Part shown: positions 18,834-27,739 of the stretch, in pieces
Position numbering within the stretch: position 1 is the first letter of the stretch
Layout of the letters: each line of letters opens with the position of its first letter
Source of the DNA: Blastocatellia bacterium
Lineage (GTDB): Bacteria; Acidobacteriota; Blastocatellia; UBA7656
Length of the DNA: 64,000 nt
Reading direction: 5' to 3'
Assembly (NCBI GenBank): GCA_963765495.1
Contig: CAVXWP010000002.1
Location: 128,001 to 192,000, forward strand
Made by a program: the position numbers and the translations under genes
The notes under the pieces: model-generated
What the model saw: only the letters and a program-made list of their open reading frames with translations
The model's database searches: none
Told to the model about the DNA's origin: nothing

Positions 18834-19450
18834 GGAAGTTTATCACCGGGCTGGTTCTCGGGGCGGGCGCGTCGAGCCGTTTCGGACAGCCTAAACAGCT
18901 TTCGCCCTTCCGTGGAGGGACCCTTCTCGGCTGGGTCATCTCTCAGGCCGAAAAGGCATCGGGGCTTGATGAAGTAATCGTAGTCCTCGGTCGCGCAGCC
19001 GATGAGATCCGCGAGCGGGTCAGTTTCGGAAATGCCAGAGTCGTAGTCAACCCCGTGTTTGGCGAAGGCTGCGCTTCCTCTTATCGCGCAGGGATAGGCG
19101 CGCTCGACCCCGTATGCGAGGCGATTATGATTATCCTCGGCGATCAACCCGGAGTCGATCCTGATACTATTGACCGCGTAGCTGATTTCTGGCGGCAAAG
19201 CGATGGTCAGATCGTGCTGGCATCATATCAGGGCAGGAAAGGCCATCCCATGATTTTTGCAAAACCGCTGTTTGACAAACTCGTCGGACTGCATGGCGAT
19301 AAGGCGGCGTGGAAGGTCGTAGACGCAAACCCTTCGCTCGTTCGCGAAGTAGAATTTGATCGCCCTTTTCCCGAGGATATAAATACGCCGGAAGACTTCG
19401 AGCGCGCCAAATCGGATCGCCACGTTGAAGCGGGAATAGACCCCGGATAA
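18830..19450 (+). CDS. mocA: Molybdenum cofactor cytidylyltransferase-like NTP transferase
   Basis: LGAGASSRFGQPKQL, LGDQP, GHPMIF, DINTPED; ATGA overlap with the upstream gene. Confidence 0.85.
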   Translation: MRKFITGLVLGAGASSRFGQPKQLSPFRGGTLLGWVISQAEKASGLDEVIVVLGRAADEIRERVSFGNARVVVNPVFGEGCASSYRAGIGALDPVCEAIMIILGDQPGVDPDTIDRVADFWRQSDGQIVLASYQGRKGHPMIFAKPLFDKLVGLHGDKAAWKVVDANPSLVREVEFDRPFPEDINTPEDFERAKSDRHVEAGIDPG

Positions 19451-19519
19451 CGCGATCTATTTCGATCTGCTTCTTATTCAGATTCATCTGTACCGATCTC
19501 TTGCGGAAGTACATATCTT

Positions 19520-20269
19520 ATGATCTGTTCAACCCCCTCCTGGCAGGCTCCGCCGGAACACAATAGCCTTGAGCTTGATGAGGTGCATGTCTGGCGCGCA
19601 AGTCTGGATCAGGACTCTGCCTGCGTCGGCAGCCTGTATGAGACGCTGACGGTTGACGAGCGAAGCCGCGCCGAAAGGTACTATTTCGAAAAGGATCGAA
19701 AGCATTTCATCGTTGCGCGAGGGGTGCTCAGAGAGATTCTGAGTCGTCATATCGGCATCGACCCGAGTCAGCTTCGCTTCACCTATAACGAATATGGGAA
19801 GCCCGCGCTCGTCGCCTCGCAGGAGGGAGAGGGACTGCGCTTCAACGTGTCGCATTCGGGTGGGTTCGCTTTGTTTGCCTTCACCCGGCGGATGGAAATT
19901 GGCGTAGACATTGAGGAGATTCGCATGGATTTTGCGAGCGATGAAATCGCGAGACAGTTCTTTTCCCCCAAAGAGGTCCGCGCCCTCGCCACGGTCCCGG
20001 ACCCCTTGCGGGTCGAGGCCTTTTTCAACTGTTGGACGCGCAAAGAAGCATACATAAAGGCGAGAGGCTTAGGACTATCTCTGCCGCTGGACGGGTTCGA
20101 GGTTTCGCTCTTACCGGGTCAGAAAGCGACTTTGTTGAGCACGAGACCCAACCCCGACGAAGCCCTGCGATGGTCAATGTGCGAATTGAGGCCGGGCCGT
20201 GGATTTGCCGCTGCTGTTGCCGTGGAAGGCCACGAGTGGCGACTCAAGTGCTGGCAATGGACAAAATAG
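19520..20269 (+). CDS. Sfp/HetI-type 4'-phosphopantetheinyl transferase
   Basis: YGKP, FNVSHSG, IGVDIE, FFNCWTRKEAYIKARGLGL. Confidence 0.95.
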   Translation: MICSTPSWQAPPEHNSLELDEVHVWRASLDQDSACVGSLYETLTVDERSRAERYYFEKDRKHFIVARGVLREILSRHIGIDPSQLRFTYNEYGKPALVASQEGEGLRFNVSHSGGFALFAFTRRMEIGVDIEEIRMDFASDEIARQFFSPKEVRALATVPDPLRVEAFFNCWTRKEAYIKARGLGLSLPLDGFEVSLLPGQKATLLSTRPNPDEALRWSMCELRPGRGFAAAVAVEGHEWRLKCWQWTK

Positions 20270-20275
20270 AAAATG

Positions 20276-20325
20276 CGTGACGGGTGAAGAACGAGAAAGA
20301 ATTTGACCGCGATTAACAAGATTAA
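20276..20325 (+). repeat. Partial copy of the element at 50191-50299
   Basis: CGTGA..GGTGAAGAACGAGAA...GAC...GATTAACAAGATTAA is shared with 50191-50235. Confidence 0.7.
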
Positions 20326-20328
20326 GAG

Positions 20329-21225
20329 GTGAATGTGAGGGAAGAAGTCAGAAAGGTTCAGGAATTACTCCGCGAGCGAGCCTATGTCACAGACGCCGCG
20401 ATAGCCACTTCGCTTTATCTGAGCATGCGGCTGGGAAAGCCTCTGCTTGTAGAAGGACCGGCAGGCGTGGGCAAGACCGAAATCGCCAAAGTGCTCGCGC
20501 TCGCGCTCGAAACCAATCTGGTGCGCCTTCAATGTTATGAAGGTCTTGACGCCACGACCGCGCTCTATGAATGGAACTATCCCAAACAACTGCTCCACAT
20601 CAAACTTCAGGATGCCGCCTCGTCCGCAGCGGCTGAAAAAGAGGCAGAGATTTTCAGCGAGGCGTTCCTGTTAAAGCGCCCGCTGCTCGAAGCCATAAGC
20701 GACCCGGTTCGCTCGCCGGTCCTTTTGATTGATGAAGTGGATCGAAGCGATGAGGAATTCGAAGCCTTCCTTCTTGAAGTCCTCTCGGAATTTCAAGTGA
20801 CGATTCCCGAAATCGGCTCGATCAAGGCCACTCATCGTCCGCACGTAGTCTTGACCTCGAACCGTTCCCGCGAGCTTTCCGATGCCCTTCGTCGAAGATG
20901 TCTTTATCACTGGATTGATTATCCGTCGTTTGAAAAAGAGCTTGAAATCGTGCGCGCAAAAGTTCCCGCAATCAGCCAGACTCTTTCGATAGAGCTTACG
21001 CGCCTGATTCAAGCTGTCAGAAGACTCAATATGGCCAAGGTTCCCGGCGTAGCCGAAACGCTGGACTGGGCCTCGGCGCTCGTAGCCTTGAACGCATCCA
21101 AACTCGATAAAGAAATAGTTACAGAAACCGTCGGCTGTTTTCTAAAGGACGAATCGGACCTGCGCCGGTTTGAAGCCGAGATAAATGCCGGTCTTCTCAA
21201 CGAAACATTGAATCCCATCTCATGA
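20329..21225 (+). CDS. coxD: MoxR-type AAA+ ATPase, CODH maturation
   Basis: EGPAGVGKT, LQCYEGLD..LYEWNY, LLIDEVDR, SDALRRRC. Confidence 0.93.
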   Translation: MNVREEVRKVQELLRERAYVTDAAIATSLYLSMRLGKPLLVEGPAGVGKTEIAKVLALALETNLVRLQCYEGLDATTALYEWNYPKQLLHIKLQDAASSAAAEKEAEIFSEAFLLKRPLLEAISDPVRSPVLLIDEVDRSDEEFEAFLLEVLSEFQVTIPEIGSIKATHRPHVVLTSNRSRELSDALRRRCLYHWIDYPSFEKELEIVRAKVPAISQTLSIELTRLIQAVRRLNMAKVPGVAETLDWASALVALNASKLDKEIVTETVGCFLKDESDLRRFEAEINAGLLNETLNPIS

Positions 21226-22385
21226 CCTCACCATTAATCAAAACCGAAATGCTGATTGAAGCGGTCGCTTTTTGCAGGGCGCTCAGAGAGCGAGGCGTCG
21301 CCTTGACGCCTTCCAAAGCTATTGATGCAATCGCGACACTCAGCCTGATCGACACGAGCGACCGGCAGGAGACCTTCCTGAGTTTGAGATGCGTGCTCAC
21401 ATCTCGCGTGGAAGACCTCCCGGTTTTTGAAGAACTATTCGAATCGTTTTGGAGACGACTGGGGCGAGCCTCGGAGGCGCGTAAGTTCGTCGAGCCTGCG
21501 GAGTCTCAGCCAGCAAAGCCACGGGTGCGGTTATCTTCCCAACCACTCACACGAAAGGGGCTGGCCTTCTTTCTCGAAAACTGGGGCGCGAGGCGTGCCG
21601 AATCGACCGAGCCGATCAAACTGCCCGGCGCAAGCGATACGCCGGGCGCGACGGAAAAAGATTTTAGTTTGTTTGAAGCCGACGCGCTCGAAGAAATTTC
21701 GAGAACTGCGCGGAAGATACTTCGCCGACTTGCTCGGAATCCGAGCCGCCGATGGAAACCTGTCAGACGCGGGCCAAGAGTGGATCTTCGCCGCGCACTT
21801 CGCCAATCATTGAGATCGGGAGGCGAGATAGTAGAACTCTCATTCAAACGACGAAAGCCAAAGAAGACCCGCCTCGTAGTTCTATGCGACGTGTCGGGCT
21901 CGATGGATGTCTACAGCCGGGTTCTCCTTCAATTTGTTTACGGGCTTCAAAACAGTTTTGCGCGGGTCGAATCATTCATCTTTTCCACGACCATCGAACG
22001 CATAACGGGCCACATAAAGGGAAAAGGCTACGATCAGGCGCTTGAGCGGCTGGCCGGGAATGTGCGAGGCTGGTCGGGCGGTACGCTCATCGGGCCAAGC
22101 CTTGCGGAATTCAATTCCGGCTGGCCGAGGATCGTAGACCGGCGCACAATCGTCATCATTCTGAGCGATGGATGGGATACGGCTCCGCCCGATGTGCTTT
22201 CCGGCGCACTTGCCGATTTGAAAAGGCGCGCGGGAAAATTGATATGGCTCAACCCCTTGCTTGGGAATCCCGACTATCAGCCGCTCGTTCGAGGGATGCA
22301 GGCGGCGCTTCCGCACATAGATGTGCTCGCTCCCTTGCATAATCTGGCGAGCCTTAAGGCGTTGGAGCGACATCTGATCCTGTGA
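21222..22385 (+). CDS. coxE: VWA-domain CODH accessory protein
   Basis: DVSGSM MIDAS, WSGGT, ILSDGWD, WLNPLL; ATGA overlap with coxD. Confidence 0.93.
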   Translation: MTSPLIKTEMLIEAVAFCRALRERGVALTPSKAIDAIATLSLIDTSDRQETFLSLRCVLTSRVEDLPVFEELFESFWRRLGRASEARKFVEPAESQPAKPRVRLSSQPLTRKGLAFFLENWGARRAESTEPIKLPGASDTPGATEKDFSLFEADALEEISRTARKILRRLARNPSRRWKPVRRGPRVDLRRALRQSLRSGGEIVELSFKRRKPKKTRLVVLCDVSGSMDVYSRVLLQFVYGLQNSFARVESFIFSTTIERITGHIKGKGYDQALERLAGNVRGWSGGTLIGPSLAEFNSGWPRIVDRRTIVIILSDGWDTAPPDVLSGALADLKRRAGKLIWLNPLLGNPDYQPLVRGMQAALPHIDVLAPLHNLASLKALERHLIL

Positions 22386-22392
22386 GGCGATT

Positions 22393-23481
22393 ATGGAAGA
22401 GGTCTTTGATCAAATCGAGACTCTGAGAGAAACCGAGAAACGGGTGGCGATGACTACGCTTGTAGCTACCCGTGGCACGAGTCCAAAAAAAGAAGGCGCG
22501 AAGATGTGGGTGAGCGAACGCGGTCACATACTGGGGTCTGTGACCATCGGCGGATGTGTTGATGCAAGAGTGATCGAGGAGTCGGAGGAAGCGATTGCCT
22601 CTTTCACGCCCCGAAACCTTTCAATCGAACTGGGCGAAGAGGATGCCTGGGAAACCGGGTTTACCTGCGCCGGGACCATTCAGGTTATGATCGAACCCCT
22701 TGATCTGACCGACACGAAAAACAATCTGATAGGCGTATACCGCGCGGTTCGCGCCGAGGTCGAGCGCGGACACAGCGCCGCCATAGCCACGCTGCTTGAA
22801 GGCGACAGATCGCGGCTGGTCGTATTCGATGATGGTCACACGTCCGGCACTCTGGGGAGCACCCGTCTTGATCGAGAAGCGCAAGACCTGGCCCTCGATC
22901 TGATCGGAAGGCGTTTGTCTCGCACAATCTCGATCAACACCGACTCAGCACCCGTCGAAGTATTCTTTGAGGTACACGGCCCGCCGCCCACTATAATCAT
23001 CTTCGGGGCAGGAAACATCTCTATGCCTCTCGTGAATCTGTCAAAAGAGTTGGGGCTGAAAGCCGTGGTCGTTGACGGCAGACCTCGTTTCGCAACAAGA
23101 GAGCGGTTCCCAAAAACGGACGAGTTGCTCATCGGTATTCCTTCCGAAATCGCCCGGTCGCTTTCTTATAATTCTTCTACGATAGTCGTGCTGGCGGCGC
23201 ACGACTACAAGTATGATATTCCCGTGCTAAAGACCGTACTGACATCCGAAGCCGCCTACATCGGCATGCTTGGGAGTCACAGAAGAGGCGAAGCAATCTT
23301 GAAATTCCTGAAAGAGAGCGGTCTGGAAGATGAATCTCTCGCCCGCGTGCACGTCCCGACGGGGCTGGACATCGGAGCAGAAACGGCAGCCGAGATAGCC
23401 CTGAGCATACTGGCCGAAGCGATGGCGGTAAGAGCAGACAGGACGGCCCGAAAGATGAGAGAAGAGGTAGACAAGCGATGA
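22393..23481 (+). CDS. coxF: XdhC/CoxF family Moco chaperone
   Basis: TIGGCV, FTCAGTI, YIGMLGS, PTGLDIGAETAAEIALSILAE. Confidence 0.88.
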   Translation: MEEVFDQIETLRETEKRVAMTTLVATRGTSPKKEGAKMWVSERGHILGSVTIGGCVDARVIEESEEAIASFTPRNLSIELGEEDAWETGFTCAGTIQVMIEPLDLTDTKNNLIGVYRAVRAEVERGHSAAIATLLEGDRSRLVVFDDGHTSGTLGSTRLDREAQDLALDLIGRRLSRTISINTDSAPVEVFFEVHGPPPTIIIFGAGNISMPLVNLSKELGLKAVVVDGRPRFATRERFPKTDELLIGIPSEIARSLSYNSSTIVVLAAHDYKYDIPVLKTVLTSEAAYIGMLGSHRRGEAILKFLKESGLEDESLARVHVPTGLDIGAETAAEIALSILAEAMAVRADRTARKMREEVDKR

Positions 23482-23867
23482 CGGCGCTCTATGATGAGGT
23501 GCTGCTGGATCATTTCCGCAACCCTCGCAACGTCGGAAGCCTGGCGGACCCCGACATCGTTTACGAAGATGTAAATCCCTTGTGCGGGGATCGTATCAGG
23601 ATCGAGTTGAAACTTTGCGGGAACAGAATCGAGGCGGCTCGCTTTCGAGGCGACGGGTGCGCCATCAGCATCGCCTCGGCTTCCATGCTCACTGAGTTGA
23701 TCGCGGGCGCAAGCATTGATGAGGGCGATGTGATTTCCAGTGACGTGCTTCTTTCAGCACTAAAGAGCACGATAAGATCATCGCGGATGAAATGCGCTAT
23801 GCTTGCGCTTGATGTGCTTCGAGCGGGCGTGAAACATTACAGGGGGCCTGAAAACGCCGATCCATAA
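23478..23867 (+). CDS. IscU/SufU-like scaffold or sulfur-transfer protein
   Basis: LDHFRNPRN, NPLCGD, GCAISIASAS, RMKCA (three Cys plus Asp); ATGA overlap with coxF. Confidence 0.92.
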   Translation: MTALYDEVLLDHFRNPRNVGSLADPDIVYEDVNPLCGDRIRIELKLCGNRIEAARFRGDGCAISIASASMLTELIAGASIDEGDVISSDVLLSALKSTIRSSRMKCAMLALDVLRAGVKHYRGPENADP

Positions 23868-23877
23868 CGGCGCAGAT

Positions 23878-24660
23878 TCAATTGCCCTGCCCTCCAAGCA
23901 GACCTCGGAATCGGCGCGCGATCACCGCCCAGAGCGCGCGAAGTACAAGCCCGATACCACTCACTGGTTTTGTTTCAACCGCCGGGGCAGACGCTCTACC
24001 ACCATTGTCGGACTGTGAAACCAGCGTTGCAGAACTGGCCGGTCGAGCCTCCGCCGTTTCGGCTAAAGAGTCCTGCGCCCCCGGCGCAACGGGTTCAGCT
24101 CCGAGCGATTCATCAGCCTGAATTTCAGTCGATTGAGCTTCAGTCGATTGAGTTTCAGTCGATTGAGTTTCAGTCGATTGAGTTTCAGCCGGTTCAGGTT
24201 CTTCGGGGGCCTCAAGATGTTGCTTGACGCAGTTGGAAAATTGCCGAAACAGTTGCCGGGACACTTCTTCGATCATGCCGCGCCCAAACTGGACTATCTT
24301 TCCGACAAGATCGACGTCAGATTCGACAACCACCTGCGAGCCGCCGCCTTCGAGCGGCGTGACGCGACTCAACATCGAAACCTTTGCAGACCCGGTCCCG
24401 CCCGTTTCGCGACCTTCTCCTACGATCCTGACCTCGTGATTTTCTTCATCCACCTCGGTGAATTTCACGAGTCCCTTGTATGACATGCTGAGCGGGCCAA
24501 CCTTTACCTTAACCGCGCCGACAAATGTGCGCTCATCCTGCGACTCAAGCAACTCCGCGCCGGGGATGCATACGACTACCCTTTGAGGGTCGATCAGAAA
24601 TTTCCAGACGCGTTCGACCGGCGCTTGCAATTCAAATTGTTCTTTTATCTTAAAAGGCAT
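23878..24660 (-). CDS. coxG: CoxG (SRPBCC fold) with low-complexity linker and C-terminal amphipathic helix
   Basis: VW.FL.DP..VVVCIPGAEL, VKVKVGP, GKIVQFGRGMI; GGAGG RBS. Confidence 0.9.
   Translation of the reverse strand: MPFKIKEQFELQAPVERVWKFLIDPQRVVVCIPGAELLESQDERTFVGAVKVKVGPLSMSYKGLVKFTEVDEENHEVRIVGEGRETGGTGSAKVSMLSRVTPLEGGGSQVVVESDVDLVGKIVQFGRGMIEEVSRQLFRQFSNCVKQHLEAPEEPEPAETQSTETQSTETQSTEAQSTEIQADESLGAEPVAPGAQDSLAETAEARPASSATLVSQSDNGGRASAPAVETKPVSGIGLVLRALWAVIARRFRGLLGGQGN
24124..24188. repeat. 15-bp tandem repeat x4 in the coxG linker (encodes STETQ)
   Basis: TTCAGTCGATTGAG(T/C) repeated four times plus a partial copy. Confidence 0.95.
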
Positions 24661-24880
24661 CAATTACCTCCGTTCATGGAATGTCGACCCGGTTAAGCAT
24701 GGGATGAAAGTGAGTATACACCGGCTCCCGAGCATTTTCATGCAGGCCGTCGCAACTGCAAAAGATGACTGTCTTGCGGCAGGCCAGTGTGTTGACCGTT
24801 CGCGCACCTTGACACCGGCTATCGCTTCATGGATGGTAGTTGCTGCGGAGGCGTTTCCCAACTATTCATAAGGAGGGCAG

Positions 24881-25555
24881 ATGGCAAGACTGATAGTATC
24901 GAATTTCTTATCGCTTCTCTTCCTTTTTTCGATGCCCCTTCAGACCCCTGTTCCCGTAGCGAAAGAGCCGCGACATCGGGTTGTATTCCAGAACGAGTTT
25001 GTTCGAGTCATTGATGCGTCGGTCCCCGTGGGCGATGCAACGCTCTTTCATATCCACTCGAATGATAACGTCCCGGTAGCAATCAGTGGGGGCGATATCA
25101 AGACCGAGACCGTAGGGAAAGACCCGATTTTTTCCAAAGTCGAAACCGGCGCGGTCAGCTTCGCAAAGGCCGCCTACACCCATCGAATTTCAAATGTAGG
25201 GACCACACCGTTAAGGTTCATAGATGCCGAAATACTCGCCTCACCCGGCAAGCAAACAAGCAAAGCTCCTATGGCAGGAGTCGGCAAAGACGCACCCCTC
25301 ATAGACAATGAGCGCGTCCGGGTTTACCGTCTAATCCTTGAACCCGGTCAATCTGCGAATGTCAATACGCACAAGCAATGCTGGCTGAGTGTAATAGTGA
25401 GAGGCGGCCAGATGGCGAGCGCCCCTCACGGAAAGGCCACAACGGTTGAGGACGTAAGGCCGGGGGATTTCAGATGGCACACAGGCGAGGTGTCTCAATC
25501 GCTGACAAACGCGGGTCCCACTCCGCTTGAGATCGTAAACATTGAATTGAAGTAA
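24881..25555 (+). CDS. Secreted bicupin-like protein
   Basis: Signal peptide; two cupin-like repeats (NEFVRV..HIH..THRISNVG; NERVRV..THK..SLTNAG). Confidence 0.75.
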   Translation: MARLIVSNFLSLLFLFSMPLQTPVPVAKEPRHRVVFQNEFVRVIDASVPVGDATLFHIHSNDNVPVAISGGDIKTETVGKDPIFSKVETGAVSFAKAAYTHRISNVGTTPLRFIDAEILASPGKQTSKAPMAGVGKDAPLIDNERVRVYRLILEPGQSANVNTHKQCWLSVIVRGGQMASAPHGKATTVEDVRPGDFRWHTGEVSQSLTNAGPTPLEIVNIELK

Positions 25556-25588
25556 GAAGATTCAGCCATTCGGTCAGGAGATCAAGAG

Positions 25589-26074
25589 ATGTCAAATTCG
25601 ATAAATGATAAAGCCTATCTTCCCGACATAGCCCGGATACTCGGAGAGGCTCTGCAAGGTATTGAGCCCTCGCTCCAACCGTTGCTTCTCGCGGCGCTTG
25701 AACGCCTGGCTGCCCGGCGGTATCGAGCCTGGGCAGGCGATCACGATAACCCGGAGGTGGAAGCGGGATTATTGGCCTGCGCTGATCGTGAAGAGGAGAT
25801 AGCAAGGCGTATAGAATCGCTTTTCCCCGATGCCTCCGCCATTCAGGAAAGACTATTTGCGGAGAACCCGGAAATGCTGAACTTGAATCGCACGCTGTTT
25901 GAGGGACGACCGCTCAGGGATCAGTTCACCATCCAGGCCCGGGGCGAGCAGGCGGGCGCAAGGGCCTGGACAGCCATCGCTCTTGCGACATCCGACCCGT
26001 CGGCGAAAGAATTGATTCAAAGCTGTAGCCCTCTGGAGGAAGCAAACGCCGAATTCCTTCACTCGCTTTTATAA
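25589..26074 (+). CDS. Ferritin-like four-helix hypothetical protein
   Basis: Repeated E-helix pattern ALERLAA..Y / DREEEIA / GEQAGA..W / LEEANA; AGGAG RBS. Confidence 0.55.
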   Translation: MSNSINDKAYLPDIARILGEALQGIEPSLQPLLLAALERLAARRYRAWAGDHDNPEVEAGLLACADREEEIARRIESLFPDASAIQERLFAENPEMLNLNRTLFEGRPLRDQFTIQARGEQAGARAWTAIALATSDPSAKELIQSCSPLEEANAEFLHSLL

Positions 26075-26127
26075 GCCACGCAACCCCACTTGCTCGATGA
26101 GCGCTTCACTAAATCAGGAGAGAGACG

Positions 26128-26400
26128 ATGCTCTATATGGTAGTCGAGCGGTTTAATGAAGGCCGGGCACATGATGTCTATCGTCGCGCCCGAGAAAAGG
26201 GCCGGATGATGCCCGAGGGTTTGCAATACGTTGCAAGCTGGGTGGACCTTGAGTTTAAGACCTGCTATCAACTGATGAAGACGGATGACGCATCTCTGTT
26301 CGATGTATGGACAGCCGCGTGGCAGGACCTGGTCGAATTTGATATCGCGCCCGTGCTTACATCCGAAGAGGCCGCAAGGGCTATCGCTCCTGAGTTGTAG
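26128..26400 (+). CDS. DUF3303-like small protein
   Basis: MLYMVVERF..GRMMPEGL.YVASWV..CYQLM..WQDLVEF; AGGAG RBS. Confidence 0.8.
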   Translation: MLYMVVERFNEGRAHDVYRRAREKGRMMPEGLQYVASWVDLEFKTCYQLMKTDDASLFDVWTAAWQDLVEFDIAPVLTSEEAARAIAPEL

Positions 26401-26482
26401 GCTCTCGGATAGTATGCATTGGGGCAAGCGGATTACCAAAATTGAGAGGGCATAGGAGCGGTCTGCAAGGTCTTGAACTGTT

Positions 26483-27265
26483 ATGAGCCTGAGAACAGTA
26501 GTTGCGACAAGATACGTTACTCCGTTGCGCGAAGGCGGATCGCTTCCGGCAATAATCGAAGCCGATGACGACGGTATGTATGTGCTGAAATTTCACGGCG
26601 CGGGGCAGGGGCCAAAAGCGCTTATCGCCGAACTCGTGGCCGGCGAGATCGCCCGCCGGTCAGGGCTGCCGGTCCCCGAAATTGTCTTTGTTCAACTCGA
26701 TCCCGAACTTGCCCGCACCGAACCCGACCCTGAGATTCAACACCTGATAAGGGCGAGCGCCGGTCTAAATCTCGCGCTCGACTATCTGCCCGGCTCGGTT
26801 GCCTTTGACCCGGTAGCGCAAAAGCCCGACGCGGACCTCGCCTCTCAGATCGTCTGGTTCGATGCTTTTGTTACAAACGTAGATCGTACGCCACGCAATA
26901 CGAATATGCTTGTCTGGCATCGCAACCTCTGGCTTATTGACCACGGCGCGGCCCTCTATTTTCACCACACCTGGAAAGACTATCTTGAACGCAGCCGCGA
27001 CCCTTTCGCGATAATAAAAGACCATGTCCTGCTCCAGTCCGCCCTCGCACTCCACGAGGCAGACTTAAAGATGAGCGAGGCCGTTACACCCGATGTCATC
27101 AAAGAAGCAGTCGACCTTATCCCAGATCCCTGGCTGGCCGGGAAGACTCTGTTTGGCGGAAACGCTCAACACAGGGATGCTTATATAGAGTACCTGCTGA
27201 AACGACTCGAACCGCCGCATGCTTTTGTTGAGGAGGCGATCCGTGCGCGATCACAACACTTATGA
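26483..27265 (+). CDS. HipA-like Ser/Thr kinase
   Basis: LREGGSLP, YVLKF.GAGQG.KALIAE, DAFVTNVDRT.RNTN, LIDHG. Confidence 0.88.
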   Translation: MSLRTVVATRYVTPLREGGSLPAIIEADDDGMYVLKFHGAGQGPKALIAELVAGEIARRSGLPVPEIVFVQLDPELARTEPDPEIQHLIRASAGLNLALDYLPGSVAFDPVAQKPDADLASQIVWFDAFVTNVDRTPRNTNMLVWHRNLWLIDHGAALYFHHTWKDYLERSRDPFAIIKDHVLLQSALALHEADLKMSEAVTPDVIKEAVDLIPDPWLAGKTLFGGNAQHRDAYIEYLLKRLEPPHAFVEEAIRARSQHL

Positions 27266-27689
27266 TTACGCCATAATACGCATCGTTCCAAAGGTCGAGC
27301 GCGAAGAGTTCGTCAACGTCGGCGTGATAGTCTCGTGCCCGGGCCGGAGGTTCCTCGAAGCCCGTATCGAACTGGATGAAGCCCGTCTCCTGGCCCTTGA
27401 CCCGACAGTAGATATTGAAGCAATTCGGACAAATCTTGCGGCCATCCCGGTCATCTGTATCGGCGGAGAAGAGGCCGGACCTATTGGCCGACTTTCACAG
27501 CGGGAGCGTTTTCACTGGCTCATCGCCCCCCGGAGCGCCATAATCCAGACCTCGCCCGTACACACAGGCTATTGCACGGACCCGTCTGATGTCTTAGAAC
27601 ATCTGCTCGATACGATGGTTCGCAAACCCCGCGCGGAAAGAGATTCAAGTGAAAGCCGGTCGATGGAACCACCCAAAGCCGGGGAATGA
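27243..27689 (+). CDS. DUF3037 domain protein
   Basis: YDYAIIRIVP.VEREEFVNVGV, ERFHWL.APRS.IIQTSPVHTG; GAGGAGG RBS, GTG start overlapping the kinase end. Confidence 0.88.
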   Translation: MRDHNTYDYAIIRIVPKVEREEFVNVGVIVSCPGRRFLEARIELDEARLLALDPTVDIEAIRTNLAAIPVICIGGEEAGPIGRLSQRERFHWLIAPRSAIIQTSPVHTGYCTDPSDVLEHLLDTMVRKPRAERDSSESRSMEPPKAGE

Positions 27690-27739
27690 ATTCAGCGCGG
27701 CCAATAGTATAGACTGCAAAAAGAAAGGAAAAGATAAAG

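Noticed and set aside
24124-24188. Tandem repeat as a CRISPR array
   Set aside because: The units are contiguous with no spacers and in frame within coxG; no cas genes are present.
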